From Chlamydiales bacterium (lineage in GTDB: Bacteria; Chlamydiota; Chlamydiia; Chlamydiales; JAJFMA01), in contig JAUXSF010000019.1 of assembly GCA_030679955.1 (NCBI GenBank), forward strand, positions 35,846-99,845: DNA of 64,000 nucleotides, read 5' to 3'. The notes beneath the pieces are model-generated. The model searched no databases and was not told the origin of the DNA. It saw nothing but the letters and a program-made list of their open reading frames with translations. A program made the translations under genes and the position numbers. Positions 31,468 to 40,177 of the stretch are shown here, piece after piece. How positions within the stretch are numbered: position 1 is the stretch's first letter; each line of letters starts with the position of its first letter.

Positions 31468-32967
31468 CTACACTTGCTCGTCTTCCTCGTCCCAGGCGAA
31501 CTCTTCATCCTCGTCACCATCTTCATAGACGGTGTTTTCGTGCTCGTCTTGCTCATCATGCGCTTCATAGTCGTCGCCATCGGCGAAGTCATCATGGAAG
31601 TGTGCAGGAGGTATTGGTTTAACCTTGAGCTCTCGTTTTTCTTTCTTCTTACCTTTGAGGTAGAAGAACACTGGAGCGCCTTCAAAGCCATATTTGTCGC
31701 GGAACTGGTTGTAGAGATAGCGCTTATAGGACGCCATCATTAGATCAGGGTAGTTGATGAACAACACAAAGGTAGGGGGTTGAATACCTACTTGAGTCGT
31801 GTAGTAAACACGTAAACGCTTGCCCTTCATCATCGGAGGAGGCGTCACCTGCATCGCTTTAGAGACAAACGTATTCAATTCGTGAGTTGTGACACGTCGG
31901 CGGCAATTGGCATCGACCCGTAGAATTTCGGGGAATATTTTGTCGATATTGCGACCCTGCTTAGCGGAAGTACAGATAACAGGGCAGTGCTTAAGAAATG
32001 GCATATCTTCATAGATTGACTGCAGGCAGTGCTCCATACGGAAACCCTTCACGAGATCCCACTTGTTCAGCAGTAGGATGCAGCCCTTTTTAGCCTCTTC
32101 GACCATCCCGGCGATTTTTTTATCCTGAGCCGTCATACCTTGTTGGGCATCCAGCATCAAGATACAAATATCAGAGCGCTCGATAGCTCTCTTGGTTCTA
32201 ATGGCAGCAAATTTATCGACGACTTCATGTTCCGACTGCTTGCGGCGTACACCAGCTGTGTCTATTAGCGTGATCTGCTGTTCTTGGTAGGTAATAAACA
32301 CGTCGATACTGTCACGGGTCGTACCAGGAATAGGGCTGACGATGCAGCGTTCTTCTTGAAGAACATAATTGACGAGCGATGATTTGCCGACGTTCGGGCG
32401 CCCAACAACAGCAACGTTAATAGCTCTTTGTGGTACTTCTGTGCCTGCTTCTGGCGGAACATAGTCGGCAAAAGCCGCTTCAAGTAATTCTGCGATATTT
32501 CGCGCCTGTGTGGCGGACACCGGCACCATATGGCGTATGCCCAACGACAAAAAGTCGTTCATCAGGTGATCATTGTTCGGATTATCGAGCTTGTTGACCG
32601 CCAGGCAGACAGGTTTTTTTGTGCGGTGGAGGATATCAGATAGCTCTTTGTCCAAAACCGTGACGCCCGAACGTGAATCGACAACCATCACCAAAACATC
32701 CGCTTCCTCAATAGCCAGCTCAGCTTGCGCTTTGATTAACTCATTGTAATCAGCTTTGCTATGCGAGTCGATACCACCTGTATCGATAATCTGAAATGGC
32801 TTACCGAAAAAGTCGGCAGCAGCATACAGACGGTCACGAGTAATGCCCTCAGCCTCATCCACAATGGCAATGCGCTGCTTGCAAATGCAGTTAAATAGGG
32901 CTGACTTACCGACGTTTGGACGTCCAACGATGGCAAGTTTAGGTAATGTAGTAGGATGCTGTTTCAT
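31468..32967 (-). CDS. der: Ribosome biogenesis GTPase Der (EngA)
   Basis: Two GRPNVGKS GTPase domains (DTGG/DTAG, NKLD/NKWD) and a KH-like C-terminal domain, plus an acidic tail. Confidence 0.97.
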   Translation of the reverse strand: MKQHPTTLPKLAIVGRPNVGKSALFNCICKQRIAIVDEAEGITRDRLYAAADFFGKPFQIIDTGGIDSHSKADYNELIKAQAELAIEEADVLVMVVDSRSGVTVLDKELSDILHRTKKPVCLAVNKLDNPNNDHLMNDFLSLGIRHMVPVSATQARNIAELLEAAFADYVPPEAGTEVPQRAINVAVVGRPNVGKSSLVNYVLQEERCIVSPIPGTTRDSIDVFITYQEQQITLIDTAGVRRKQSEHEVVDKFAAIRTKRAIERSDICILMLDAQQGMTAQDKKIAGMVEEAKKGCILLLNKWDLVKGFRMEHCLQSIYEDMPFLKHCPVICTSAKQGRNIDKIFPEILRVDANCRRRVTTHELNTFVSKAMQVTPPPMMKGKRLRVYYTTQVGIQPPTFVLFINYPDLMMASYKRYLYNQFRDKYGFEGAPVFFYLKGKKKEKRELKVKPIPPAHFHDDFADGDDYEAHDEQDEHENTVYEDGDEDEEFAWDEEDEQV

Positions 32968-33206
32968 GAAGTGGCAATGTCCATATAACGAAGAAATTTT
33001 TCAACGGGAACGCGTGTAATCACGAATCATAAACAAACACTGAATATAAATAAATAAGATTGATCTAGTTAGGTCAAAACACGCTCCTTGAAAAATAAGA
33101 CGATACAGTTCAAAATAAGGACAGCGTAATCCCAGCAGGCGGCCATTAGCCCTCAGCGTTTTGAGATTTCGATAAAACAGGTTAGTTGTGATTTTGGGCC
33201 TCTGGT

Positions 33207-35090
33207 ATGACTAAACGTTCCAGATATGAAGATATTTCGTTTCAGCCTTTGCGGGAGGACCTGCGGGCACTCTCTTGGCAATCGCTAAAGGGAGATCTTA
33301 GTGCCGCTCTAACCGTTGCGCTGCTGACTGTACCACAGGTAATGGCCTACGCGCTAATTGCAGGCCTGCCGCTGACTTGTGGGCTTTTTGGCGCCCTCTT
33401 TGCTACTGCTTTAGGGGCAATCTTTGGATCCTCGCGCTTCTTGGTTATTGGTCCGACCAATGCCGTTGCGATTTTAGTACAAGCAGGTACCGCAGAAATC
33501 CTTTACACATACTACAGGGGGGTAACGGGCGATGAGCGCGATATCCTCGCCGTACAGATCCTAGCCCAGTTAGCGCTATTGGTAGGTATCTTTCAATTAA
33601 TTGCTGCGGTATTTCGTCTGGGAAGACTGACGCAATTTGTCAGCTCTGCAGTTATTGTGGGGTACATGACCGGTACTGCAGTAGCGCTAGTGGTCAGCCA
33701 ATCCTTTATTTTCTTGGGTATGGAGCCTCCACAGGGCGTTTTTTCCCTGTTTCAAAAAGTCACCTATATCTTTTCTCATGTCGAAGCTATTCATTGGCCA
33801 ACGGTATGGATTGGTATTGCTTGCCTTGTCTTCCTAATAGGTATGAAAAGGGTGAATTCTAAGATTCCAGCTGCCGCTTTAATGCTTTTACTTTCTGGCC
33901 TGGCTGTGTACGTCTTCCACTGGTCGATTTTCCCCCAAGCTGACATGATTGATCCCTTTGCAGAGGGCTATGTCACACGTATCCAACTTGTCGGCAACGC
34001 CGGTCAGATTTTCGGCATTCTTCCAGTCATGGCATTTCCACAGCTGGATCCAGCCATTTTAAACAAATTAGTGCCCATAGCTTTTGCAATCGCCTTGTTA
34101 TCGACTTTAGAAACAAGCTCCGTCGCTAAAACAATCGCTAGTAAGTCGGGTGAAAGCATTTCCATTAACCAGGAAGTAATGGCTCTAGGTATTGCTAACA
34201 TAGCCTCTGGGTTGGTGGGCGCTTTACCAGCCGCTGGCAGCCCATCTAGAACATCATTAAATTACAATAATGGTGCTACAACACGTTTTGCTGCATTTTT
34301 CAGTGCTTGTTGTGTTGGCTTGATGGTCTTTGCTTTTGGCTATTTTATCAGCTTTATACCACTAGCTGCTTTGGCTGCTTTGCTGCTGTTAACCTCTTTT
34401 GGCCTATGGCAGCCACGCAATTTCATGCTTTGCCTAAAGGCTACGCGGTCTGATGCCTTTGTGCTTGTAGCTACAGTGTTGGCTTGCGTCTTTTTCAGTG
34501 TTGACACAGCCTTTTACATCGGGATCGTGTTGTCCATTACCTTCTACCTTAATAAGGCCTCCACGCCTAACTTAAGGGAGTACTCAGGATTTGGTGGTCA
34601 GCAGCAACAAGGTCGGCAAGATGGTGTACGTGTGATCGATGTGCATGGTGAGCTATTCTTCGGTGCCGCTGATCTGTTTCAAGCCACATTAAGAGCCCTT
34701 GCAAAAGGCGACAGCAAAACCCGCGCAATTATTTTGCGCCTTAAACATGCTCGTGACCTTGATGCGACGGCATGTTTGGCGTTATTGCACCTCTACCGCT
34801 TTTTGAAGAGCAATGATATCCACTTGATTCTTTGCAGTATCCCATCGCCGGTGTGGAAGATTCTCGAAAATTCCGGTGTTGCCCAAGAAATTGGCAACGA
34901 CCGACTATTTCTATACAACTGGCGTCGTCCGGGAAGCTCCGAGCAAGATGCCTTGGCCTGTGCTCGCAGGCTTATTCAAGCCGCACCTGGCCCTGTAAAT
35001 ACCACTGAAGCAGTGATAGTTACAGACGCCGATCAGGTACAGATGAGTCAGTGGCTAGAAGACGCCAACATCCCCGCCTTGCGCGAATAA
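33207..35090 (+). CDS. SulP/SLC26 anion transporter with STAS domain
   Basis: PQVMAYALIAGLP and GSSRFLVIGPT motifs, many TM helices, and STAS GELFFGAA...DATA. Confidence 0.93.
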   Translation: MTKRSRYEDISFQPLREDLRALSWQSLKGDLSAALTVALLTVPQVMAYALIAGLPLTCGLFGALFATALGAIFGSSRFLVIGPTNAVAILVQAGTAEILYTYYRGVTGDERDILAVQILAQLALLVGIFQLIAAVFRLGRLTQFVSSAVIVGYMTGTAVALVVSQSFIFLGMEPPQGVFSLFQKVTYIFSHVEAIHWPTVWIGIACLVFLIGMKRVNSKIPAAALMLLLSGLAVYVFHWSIFPQADMIDPFAEGYVTRIQLVGNAGQIFGILPVMAFPQLDPAILNKLVPIAFAIALLSTLETSSVAKTIASKSGESISINQEVMALGIANIASGLVGALPAAGSPSRTSLNYNNGATTRFAAFFSACCVGLMVFAFGYFISFIPLAALAALLLLTSFGLWQPRNFMLCLKATRSDAFVLVATVLACVFFSVDTAFYIGIVLSITFYLNKASTPNLREYSGFGGQQQQGRQDGVRVIDVHGELFFGAADLFQATLRALAKGDSKTRAIILRLKHARDLDATACLALLHLYRFLKSNDIHLILCSIPSPVWKILENSGVAQEIGNDRLFLYNWRRPGSSEQDALACARRLIQAAPGPVNTTEAVIVTDADQVQMSQWLEDANIPALRE

Positions 35091-35094
35091 GCTA

Positions 35095-36519
35095 CTAACC
35101 TAAGCAGTCATGCAAAAATTCTAGCTGTTGATTAGAACCTTCGATCGCATGTTCCATAGCAGATATTAATTCAGCCTTTCCTACGTTGGCAGCAACCTCG
35201 GGTAATGCTGAGGCAGAGTAAGAAAGATGTGATAATCCAGCCTGTATGTCAAAAATAACTGACTGGTCGGGCACCCCATTTTCCCCAAAGCTTCTGAGTA
35301 GATGATTGGTGTGTTGGTGCTTTAGGAATTTCTCACGGGTTTCCTGTGTCCATGGATCACAGTGGCCTGCATCCATTTCTATATAAGTGGATTTTTGGTT
35401 ATAAGGGGCTGCCTGCCATAAAGTTCTTCCTGATAGAGGGGGAATTACATCATCTTCTTTCGCACTAATTACACATACAGACATCTTAGTTTGTCGAACA
35501 TGATTCTCATTACTATAGTCAATGATAAATTTTGAAGTTAACCAGCTTGTCGTACTGGATAGTAGATCAGACAGTAATTCTGCTTCAAAAGTATCAATGT
35601 GTGTTAGTTTTGAATATTGCACCGCCACATTACCAAATATATCACCGATTCGACAAAAGCATCTGTCTAGTAGCAAATGAACCGGCGTCTGACTAGCAAT
35701 ATAGCTAGCATTTGGTCCGCCCAGGCAATACCCAAACCACTGCATATCTACGGGTGCATATTCTTGATTTAAGAATTCAAAGACAGCCGAGGCATCTGTA
35801 TACGTTGCTTTTTCGCCAGGCTCACCTGAGCTATGTCCGGTTCCGCGAATATTGTAAGAAAATACATCCATGCCCATAAATAAGGTTTGAAGGAAACGGT
35901 CTCGATCTCGCGCAATGATGCTTGCGTTTCCATGAGTTAAAATTGCAACAACAGGATCTTGGGAAACATCTGGAGCGCTTGCTTGCTGTTTGGACAGGTA
36001 AACATGCCCTTTTCCAGACCACAAATCTGACGTTACTTCAATACCGTGATACTCTAGCAGAGTTTTCAATGAGAGCCTATGAACCACTAAAGCCTGCCAA
36101 TTCTCGCCACCTCGGTTCAAATAAGTGAATTGCCCGCCTAGTAATGAAATTTTTTCTCTAAAGTCAACTGCTGTGCAATAAACACATTCAAGTTTTTTAT
36201 CGTCTATTGTTATTATTTCGGGAAAAACAGCACCGAATTGCGCAAGGGTTTTATGGGACGCATCAATTCTAGATTCATCCATTTTGGCTTTGAATTTTTC
36301 TGACGCGGCGGGGTAGATTCGATCTCTGAAATATTTTTGAGTAAGATTTTTAAAAGATCCAGTAGTGAAGCGTAAAGCTTTTTTAAACACATTGTCATTT
36401 GATTCAAAAGTTGAATATGATTTAAATGTTGTTTCACTAGATATTACTGTATTCAAGATATTAACCCTGTAAGTTATTAAACCAAGTGGTATTATTAATG
36501 AATTAGCATTAGTATTCAA
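35095..36519 (-). CDS. Alpha/beta hydrolase (ABHD12/13/17-like) with a Cys nucleophile elbow
   Basis: HGNA, YNIRGTGHSSGEPGE, GYCLGG, EDDVIP and AGHCD motifs. AT-rich gene; the TTG start is uncertain. Confidence 0.8.
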   Translation of the reverse strand: MNTNANSLIIPLGLITYRVNILNTVISSETTFKSYSTFESNDNVFKKALRFTTGSFKNLTQKYFRDRIYPAASEKFKAKMDESRIDASHKTLAQFGAVFPEIITIDDKKLECVYCTAVDFREKISLLGGQFTYLNRGGENWQALVVHRLSLKTLLEYHGIEVTSDLWSGKGHVYLSKQQASAPDVSQDPVVAILTHGNASIIARDRDRFLQTLFMGMDVFSYNIRGTGHSSGEPGEKATYTDASAVFEFLNQEYAPVDMQWFGYCLGGPNASYIASQTPVHLLLDRCFCRIGDIFGNVAVQYSKLTHIDTFEAELLSDLLSSTTSWLTSKFIIDYSNENHVRQTKMSVCVISAKEDDVIPPLSGRTLWQAAPYNQKSTYIEMDAGHCDPWTQETREKFLKHQHTNHLLRSFGENGVPDQSVIFDIQAGLSHLSYSASALPEVAANVGKAELISAMEHAIEGSNQQLEFLHDCLG

Positions 36520-36598
36520 TGTTTAACAAAAAAAACGTCGATTAAATAAATTGATGAGTGTTTAAAATATTGTAAAGCCTACTAAAGAAGGTACGCCA

Positions 36599-36717
36599 GG
36601 GAAGGGGAATTCAACGCAAAGGCGCAGAGGCGCTAAGACGCAAAGAAGGAGGAGAGTATATTCCTGAAAGTCAGATCTTTAGATACGTACTTCTTCGCCT
36701 CTTAGCGTTGAATTCTC
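36599..36717. repeat. Intergenic palindromic repeat family A, long-loop variant
   Basis: GAATTCAACGCAAAGGCGCAGAGGCGCTAAGACGCAAAGAAG ... CTTCTTCGCCTCTTAGCGTTGAATTC. Confidence 0.75.
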
Positions 36718-36753
36718 TTTTGCTTTAGAAATTATGCGAATTTTGTTAACTAA

Positions 36754-37143
36754 TTAGCGAACGGGATCCCATTTGGTGACCTGATCATAGTCGCCGGTGA
36801 TGGTGCGGTATACCCATGGATCGCGATTTTCGCGCATGAGTCTGTCGCAGCCTAGTAGAAAACCATAGCAGAAGCCGTGTTTTTCCACGGCATGGAGCAT
36901 ATATTCCGAGCTGCTAGGTTTGAAGTGGCTTCTTGGGCCGTCCGCGGGGGAAACAACTTTTTTATGAAATGTTACTAGAGTTCGCGTTGCGCGTTCTAAT
37001 GGCCCGTTGTGGATCTCCGGTTGCGTGGCTGCTATTTGGCGGCAATGGCTGCGGCAGCTTAAATCTGCATCGCATCCCCACGGTTCTTCGGCATAGGCGA
37101 GTATAGACAAGGAAAGCAGGGCTAGTAATAACAGTGATTTCAT
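36754..37143 (-). CDS. yidD: YidD-like membrane protein insertion efficiency factor
   Basis: SPADGPRSHFKPSSSEYMLHAVEKHG...GCDRLMRE...WDPV matches the YidD pattern, with the first Cys residues replaced. It has a signal-like N-terminus. Confidence 0.8.
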   Translation of the reverse strand: MKSLLLLALLSLSILAYAEEPWGCDADLSCRSHCRQIAATQPEIHNGPLERATRTLVTFHKKVVSPADGPRSHFKPSSSEYMLHAVEKHGFCYGFLLGCDRLMRENRDPWVYRTITGDYDQVTKWDPVR

Positions 37144-37186
37144 GCTGCTATCCTAGAGCATGCTGTAGAGCTAAGTCAAATAAAAT

Positions 37187-37287
37187 GGCGGGCACGCGTG
37201 CCCGCCTTCTGTGCTGAGTGTAGCCGAACACGGCTATACTGTGTCTTAGAAACTTTTTAAAAAGGCGCGGTACCCATGTACCGCGCC
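37187..37287. other. Cluster of three GC-rich hairpins
   Basis: GGCGGGCACGCGTGCCCGCC (perfect palindrome), AGTGTAGCCG-AACA-CGGCTATACT and GGCGCGGTAC-CCAT-GTACCGCGCC. Confidence 0.7.
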
Positions 37288-37309
37288 CCCTTGCGAGGCT
37301 GTGTGTGTG

Positions 37310-37507
37310 TTAGCCTGAACGATTCAGAAATAAGGGTGATATCGGCAAAGAAGCTCCCTTAAGACGAATCGCTATAAATTTGTTATCGGGATCATCGCAT
37401 CCCTTTTGATCGAGCAAAACAGGAAGTTTGGTGTCTTTCGCTGTATGGATCAGAGTCGGCCAAAGGTCTAGAGCGCTGTGGTTGAGTGCTGTTTGTACGC
37501 CTTCCAT
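37310..37507 (-). CDS. Small hypothetical protein (~65 aa)
   Basis: ATG with GAGAGG RBS upstream. No domain recognised. Confidence 0.35.
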   Translation of the reverse strand: MEGVQTALNHSALDLWPTLIHTAKDTKLPVLLDQKGCDDPDNKFIAIRLKGASLPISPLFLNRSG

Positions 37508-37715
37508 GGTTTCCTCTCGCAATTATTTGTTACCTTTATTCCTAAGTCGTTCATTCTGTTTCCCTTTTCAATTACTATTGTAATTCTTACTGATTAAATT
37601 ACAAACATAATTTTAATTTATCCATTTTGGAATAAGTTATTTAGGTTCAAAAAAACTTTGTTTCTCGACTTATCATAGGAGAGCGTGTACAAGGAACATA
37701 AGAGGAGGTGCTATT

Positions 37716-39350
37716 ATGCCTCTAAGCCGACTGAAAATTCTTTTTGCCCTTGGATCCCTTACATTGCTCATTTTATTTGGGCTGACGGCAGTATATAGCT
37801 CCAAGACAGCCTTGCTATTGCATGCTTATTCCCCGATGGACGACGCCTACATCTTTGTGCGTTATGCACATAATATTCTCGGGGGGCATGGAGTCGTGTG
37901 GAATCCTGGTGAGGGCAGCACCTACGGAGCCTCTAGTGCGCTTTACCTCGGCATTTTAACTGCTGCAATGGGAGCATCATCGCTCGATGTCGGCGTGATA
38001 TTACAGATATTGTCCTGGTCAATGGCCGTAGCCTTTGCGTTTGCGGTCGTCTGGGCTGTGCGTTCACAGTGTCGTAGTGACGTAATGCGCAGTACCGCGC
38101 TAATTCTATTTCTGGTGATGGCCTTTGTTTTCACATCAAAAGCCTTTCTATATCATGCGCTTACGGGAATGGAAACAACGACTGCTCTCGTGACAAACAC
38201 CCTGTTAATTGGGCTAGTTTTGCGACTTATACAGAGTCCTTCTACCGCCAAGGCCATTGGTGTGGGAGTTTTGGGTTGGCTGTGCTATTCCGCACGTCCG
38301 GAAACGGGCCTGTACGCTGTTTTCTTTCCCTTGGCCGCTATTTGGCTGATGGGCAGCGGAAAGCGCCTAGCGCTAATTGCGTGGTGTTTAGGGACTCTCG
38401 CAGTACTCATTGGTTTGGACCTGATAGTCAAGCAGGTACTCTTTGGTTCGCCCTTGCCGCTCGCCTTTTTTGTGAAGCGCTTGGATTTTTACGAAGGTTA
38501 TACAGGACACGCCAACTGGAATACTGCAGGGTATGTGCTTCAGTTTATTCAGGAAGTCCTGCCTTTCCTCTTTATCCTAATCTTTACGGCCCAACGCAAA
38601 CATTTGCGTATGATTGCCGCCTTCTTGTTTCCCGTGTTTCTGCATATTATTTATTTATTTTTTGTCGTGCAGATTATGGGTAACAATGCTCGCTACTATT
38701 ACACGGCATTGCCATTTGTCATTGTCCCGGCGATGATCACGTTGGACGATTTCATTGCGGAGGAGCGATCGGTTCGCAACTTAATTCCGCGCTTGGCTTC
38801 TTGTGCCTTGTTATTCGTTATGGTCTCAACGCTTTTTGGTGAGAAAGTAGCCGGCTATTACCGCATACACGTCTTAGCAGCGAAGGATAGCAGTAATAAC
38901 CACTACATAGTTCCTTCATCGCGTACATTACCTACGCTTAAGTGGACAGAGGCTTTGGCTGGTGTGAGTAAGATTGTATCCAAACTGCCATCAGGGGCAG
39001 TAGTTGCCATGTCAGAGGTCGGCTATCCCGGCGTAGTAGCCCCAAACGTTAGTATTATCGACCTTGCGGGACTTAACGATAATGTGACAGCTCGTGGAGG
39101 CTTCTCAGTGGATAAGTTGCTAGATCGCAAGCCTGATTTTGTGTGGTTACCGCATCAGCACTACACCAGGCTGACAGCATCGCTAATCAATAGCCCGCGC
39201 TTTCAGCGCGAGTATGATGTGATTCCTGATGCCTTTGATTATGGCATTGCTATCAGGAAGCATGGTCCATACCGGGAAACTATCATCAAAAGTCTACGTC
39301 AGGTATGGCATGAGCGCTACCCTGGCATCCCTTTGCCAGCCTACCCATAG
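37716..39350 (+). CDS. Polytopic GT-C-fold glycosyltransferase (AftB/ArnT-like)
   Basis: DDAYIFVRYA...VWNPGE...YGASS in the first loop, GMET, RPE, IIDLAGLND and multiple TM helices. Strong AGGAGG RBS. Confidence 0.8.
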   Translation: MPLSRLKILFALGSLTLLILFGLTAVYSSKTALLLHAYSPMDDAYIFVRYAHNILGGHGVVWNPGEGSTYGASSALYLGILTAAMGASSLDVGVILQILSWSMAVAFAFAVVWAVRSQCRSDVMRSTALILFLVMAFVFTSKAFLYHALTGMETTTALVTNTLLIGLVLRLIQSPSTAKAIGVGVLGWLCYSARPETGLYAVFFPLAAIWLMGSGKRLALIAWCLGTLAVLIGLDLIVKQVLFGSPLPLAFFVKRLDFYEGYTGHANWNTAGYVLQFIQEVLPFLFILIFTAQRKHLRMIAAFLFPVFLHIIYLFFVVQIMGNNARYYYTALPFVIVPAMITLDDFIAEERSVRNLIPRLASCALLFVMVSTLFGEKVAGYYRIHVLAAKDSSNNHYIVPSSRTLPTLKWTEALAGVSKIVSKLPSGAVVAMSEVGYPGVVAPNVSIIDLAGLNDNVTARGGFSVDKLLDRKPDFVWLPHQHYTRLTASLINSPRFQREYDVIPDAFDYGIAIRKHGPYRETIIKSLRQVWHERYPGIPLPAYP

Positions 39351-39450
39351 TGCGAGAGAAGGGGGTAATGGGGATATTGTTACCTATGTTACCGACCGCA
39401 CCCAATTTGACGAGGGTTTAATCGTTCCTTTTAATGGTGCAAGTTCCATA

Positions 39451-39551
39451 TGTAAGAAAAACATAGTATTATTTCTTACATAAAACCTCGACCTAAGTTT
39501 TTGAAAGATAGCTCTTGTATTTGTAAGAAAAATACACTAATATTTCCTACA
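39451..39551 (+). promoter_or_regulatory. Two 30-bp palindromic operators overlapping a promoter of the AbiE-type operon
   Basis: TGTAAGAAA-N12-TTTCTTACA (39451-39480) and TGTAAGAAA-N12-TTTCCTACA (39522-39551). TTGTAT-N17-TAATAT at 39515-39543. Confidence 0.75.
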
Positions 39552-40177
39552 TGAAGAAGAATCAAAAAAAAATGAATAGCGTTGATAATCAGATCATTCA
39601 GCGAATAATCAACCGTGGACGTGGTGCTGTATTCGTTCCGATAGAGTTTTTGGATCTAGGAAGTCGGCCGGCTGTTGACATTGTTCTTCACCGGCTCGTT
39701 CGAAAAGGGACTATTCGTCGCCTTGCACGAGGGATTTATGATTTTCCTAAAGAACATCCTATACTTGGAAAACTTCAACCATCTCCAGAAAAAATAGCGG
39801 AGGCTTTGGTTGACCGTGATTGCACGCGTATTCAACCCACCGGCGCTTATGCAGCAAACATCTTAGGGTTATCTGAACAGGTTCCAGCTAAAGTAGTATT
39901 TTTGACAGATGGACCGAGCCGAACAGTAAAAATCGGAGCAACTACCATTCAGCTTCGACGAACAACTCCAAAGAACATGGCGATGGCAGGTCGGCTCAGT
40001 GGTCTTTTAGTTCAGGCTCTCCGTGAAATGGGTAAAGAAAACATTACCACAGAACGACTTGAGCATTTAATGCGGATTCTTCCGCTCGATCAACGACGAG
40101 AATTACTCAAAGACATTCGTCTTGTGCCAGAATGGATGCATTCCATTTTTAGAAAGCTGACAGAGGAAACACCTTGA
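39551..40177 (+). CDS. abiEi: AbiEi-type type IV TA antitoxin (DUF6088-like)
   Basis: LHRLVRKGTIRRLARGIY wHTH, then GAYAANILGLSEQVPAKVVFLTDGPSR. Overlaps the toxin start. Alternative start at 39572. Confidence 0.88.
   Translation: MKKNQKKMNSVDNQIIQRIINRGRGAVFVPIEFLDLGSRPAVDIVLHRLVRKGTIRRLARGIYDFPKEHPILGKLQPSPEKIAEALVDRDCTRIQPTGAYAANILGLSEQVPAKVVFLTDGPSRTVKIGATTIQLRRTTPKNMAMAGRLSGLLVQALREMGKENITTERLEHLMRILPLDQRRELLKDIRLVPEWMHSIFRKLTEETP

Noticed and set aside
31337-31743. Several short overlapping ORFs at the end of der
   Set aside because: They are by-products of the low-complexity acidic tail and the adjacent repeat.
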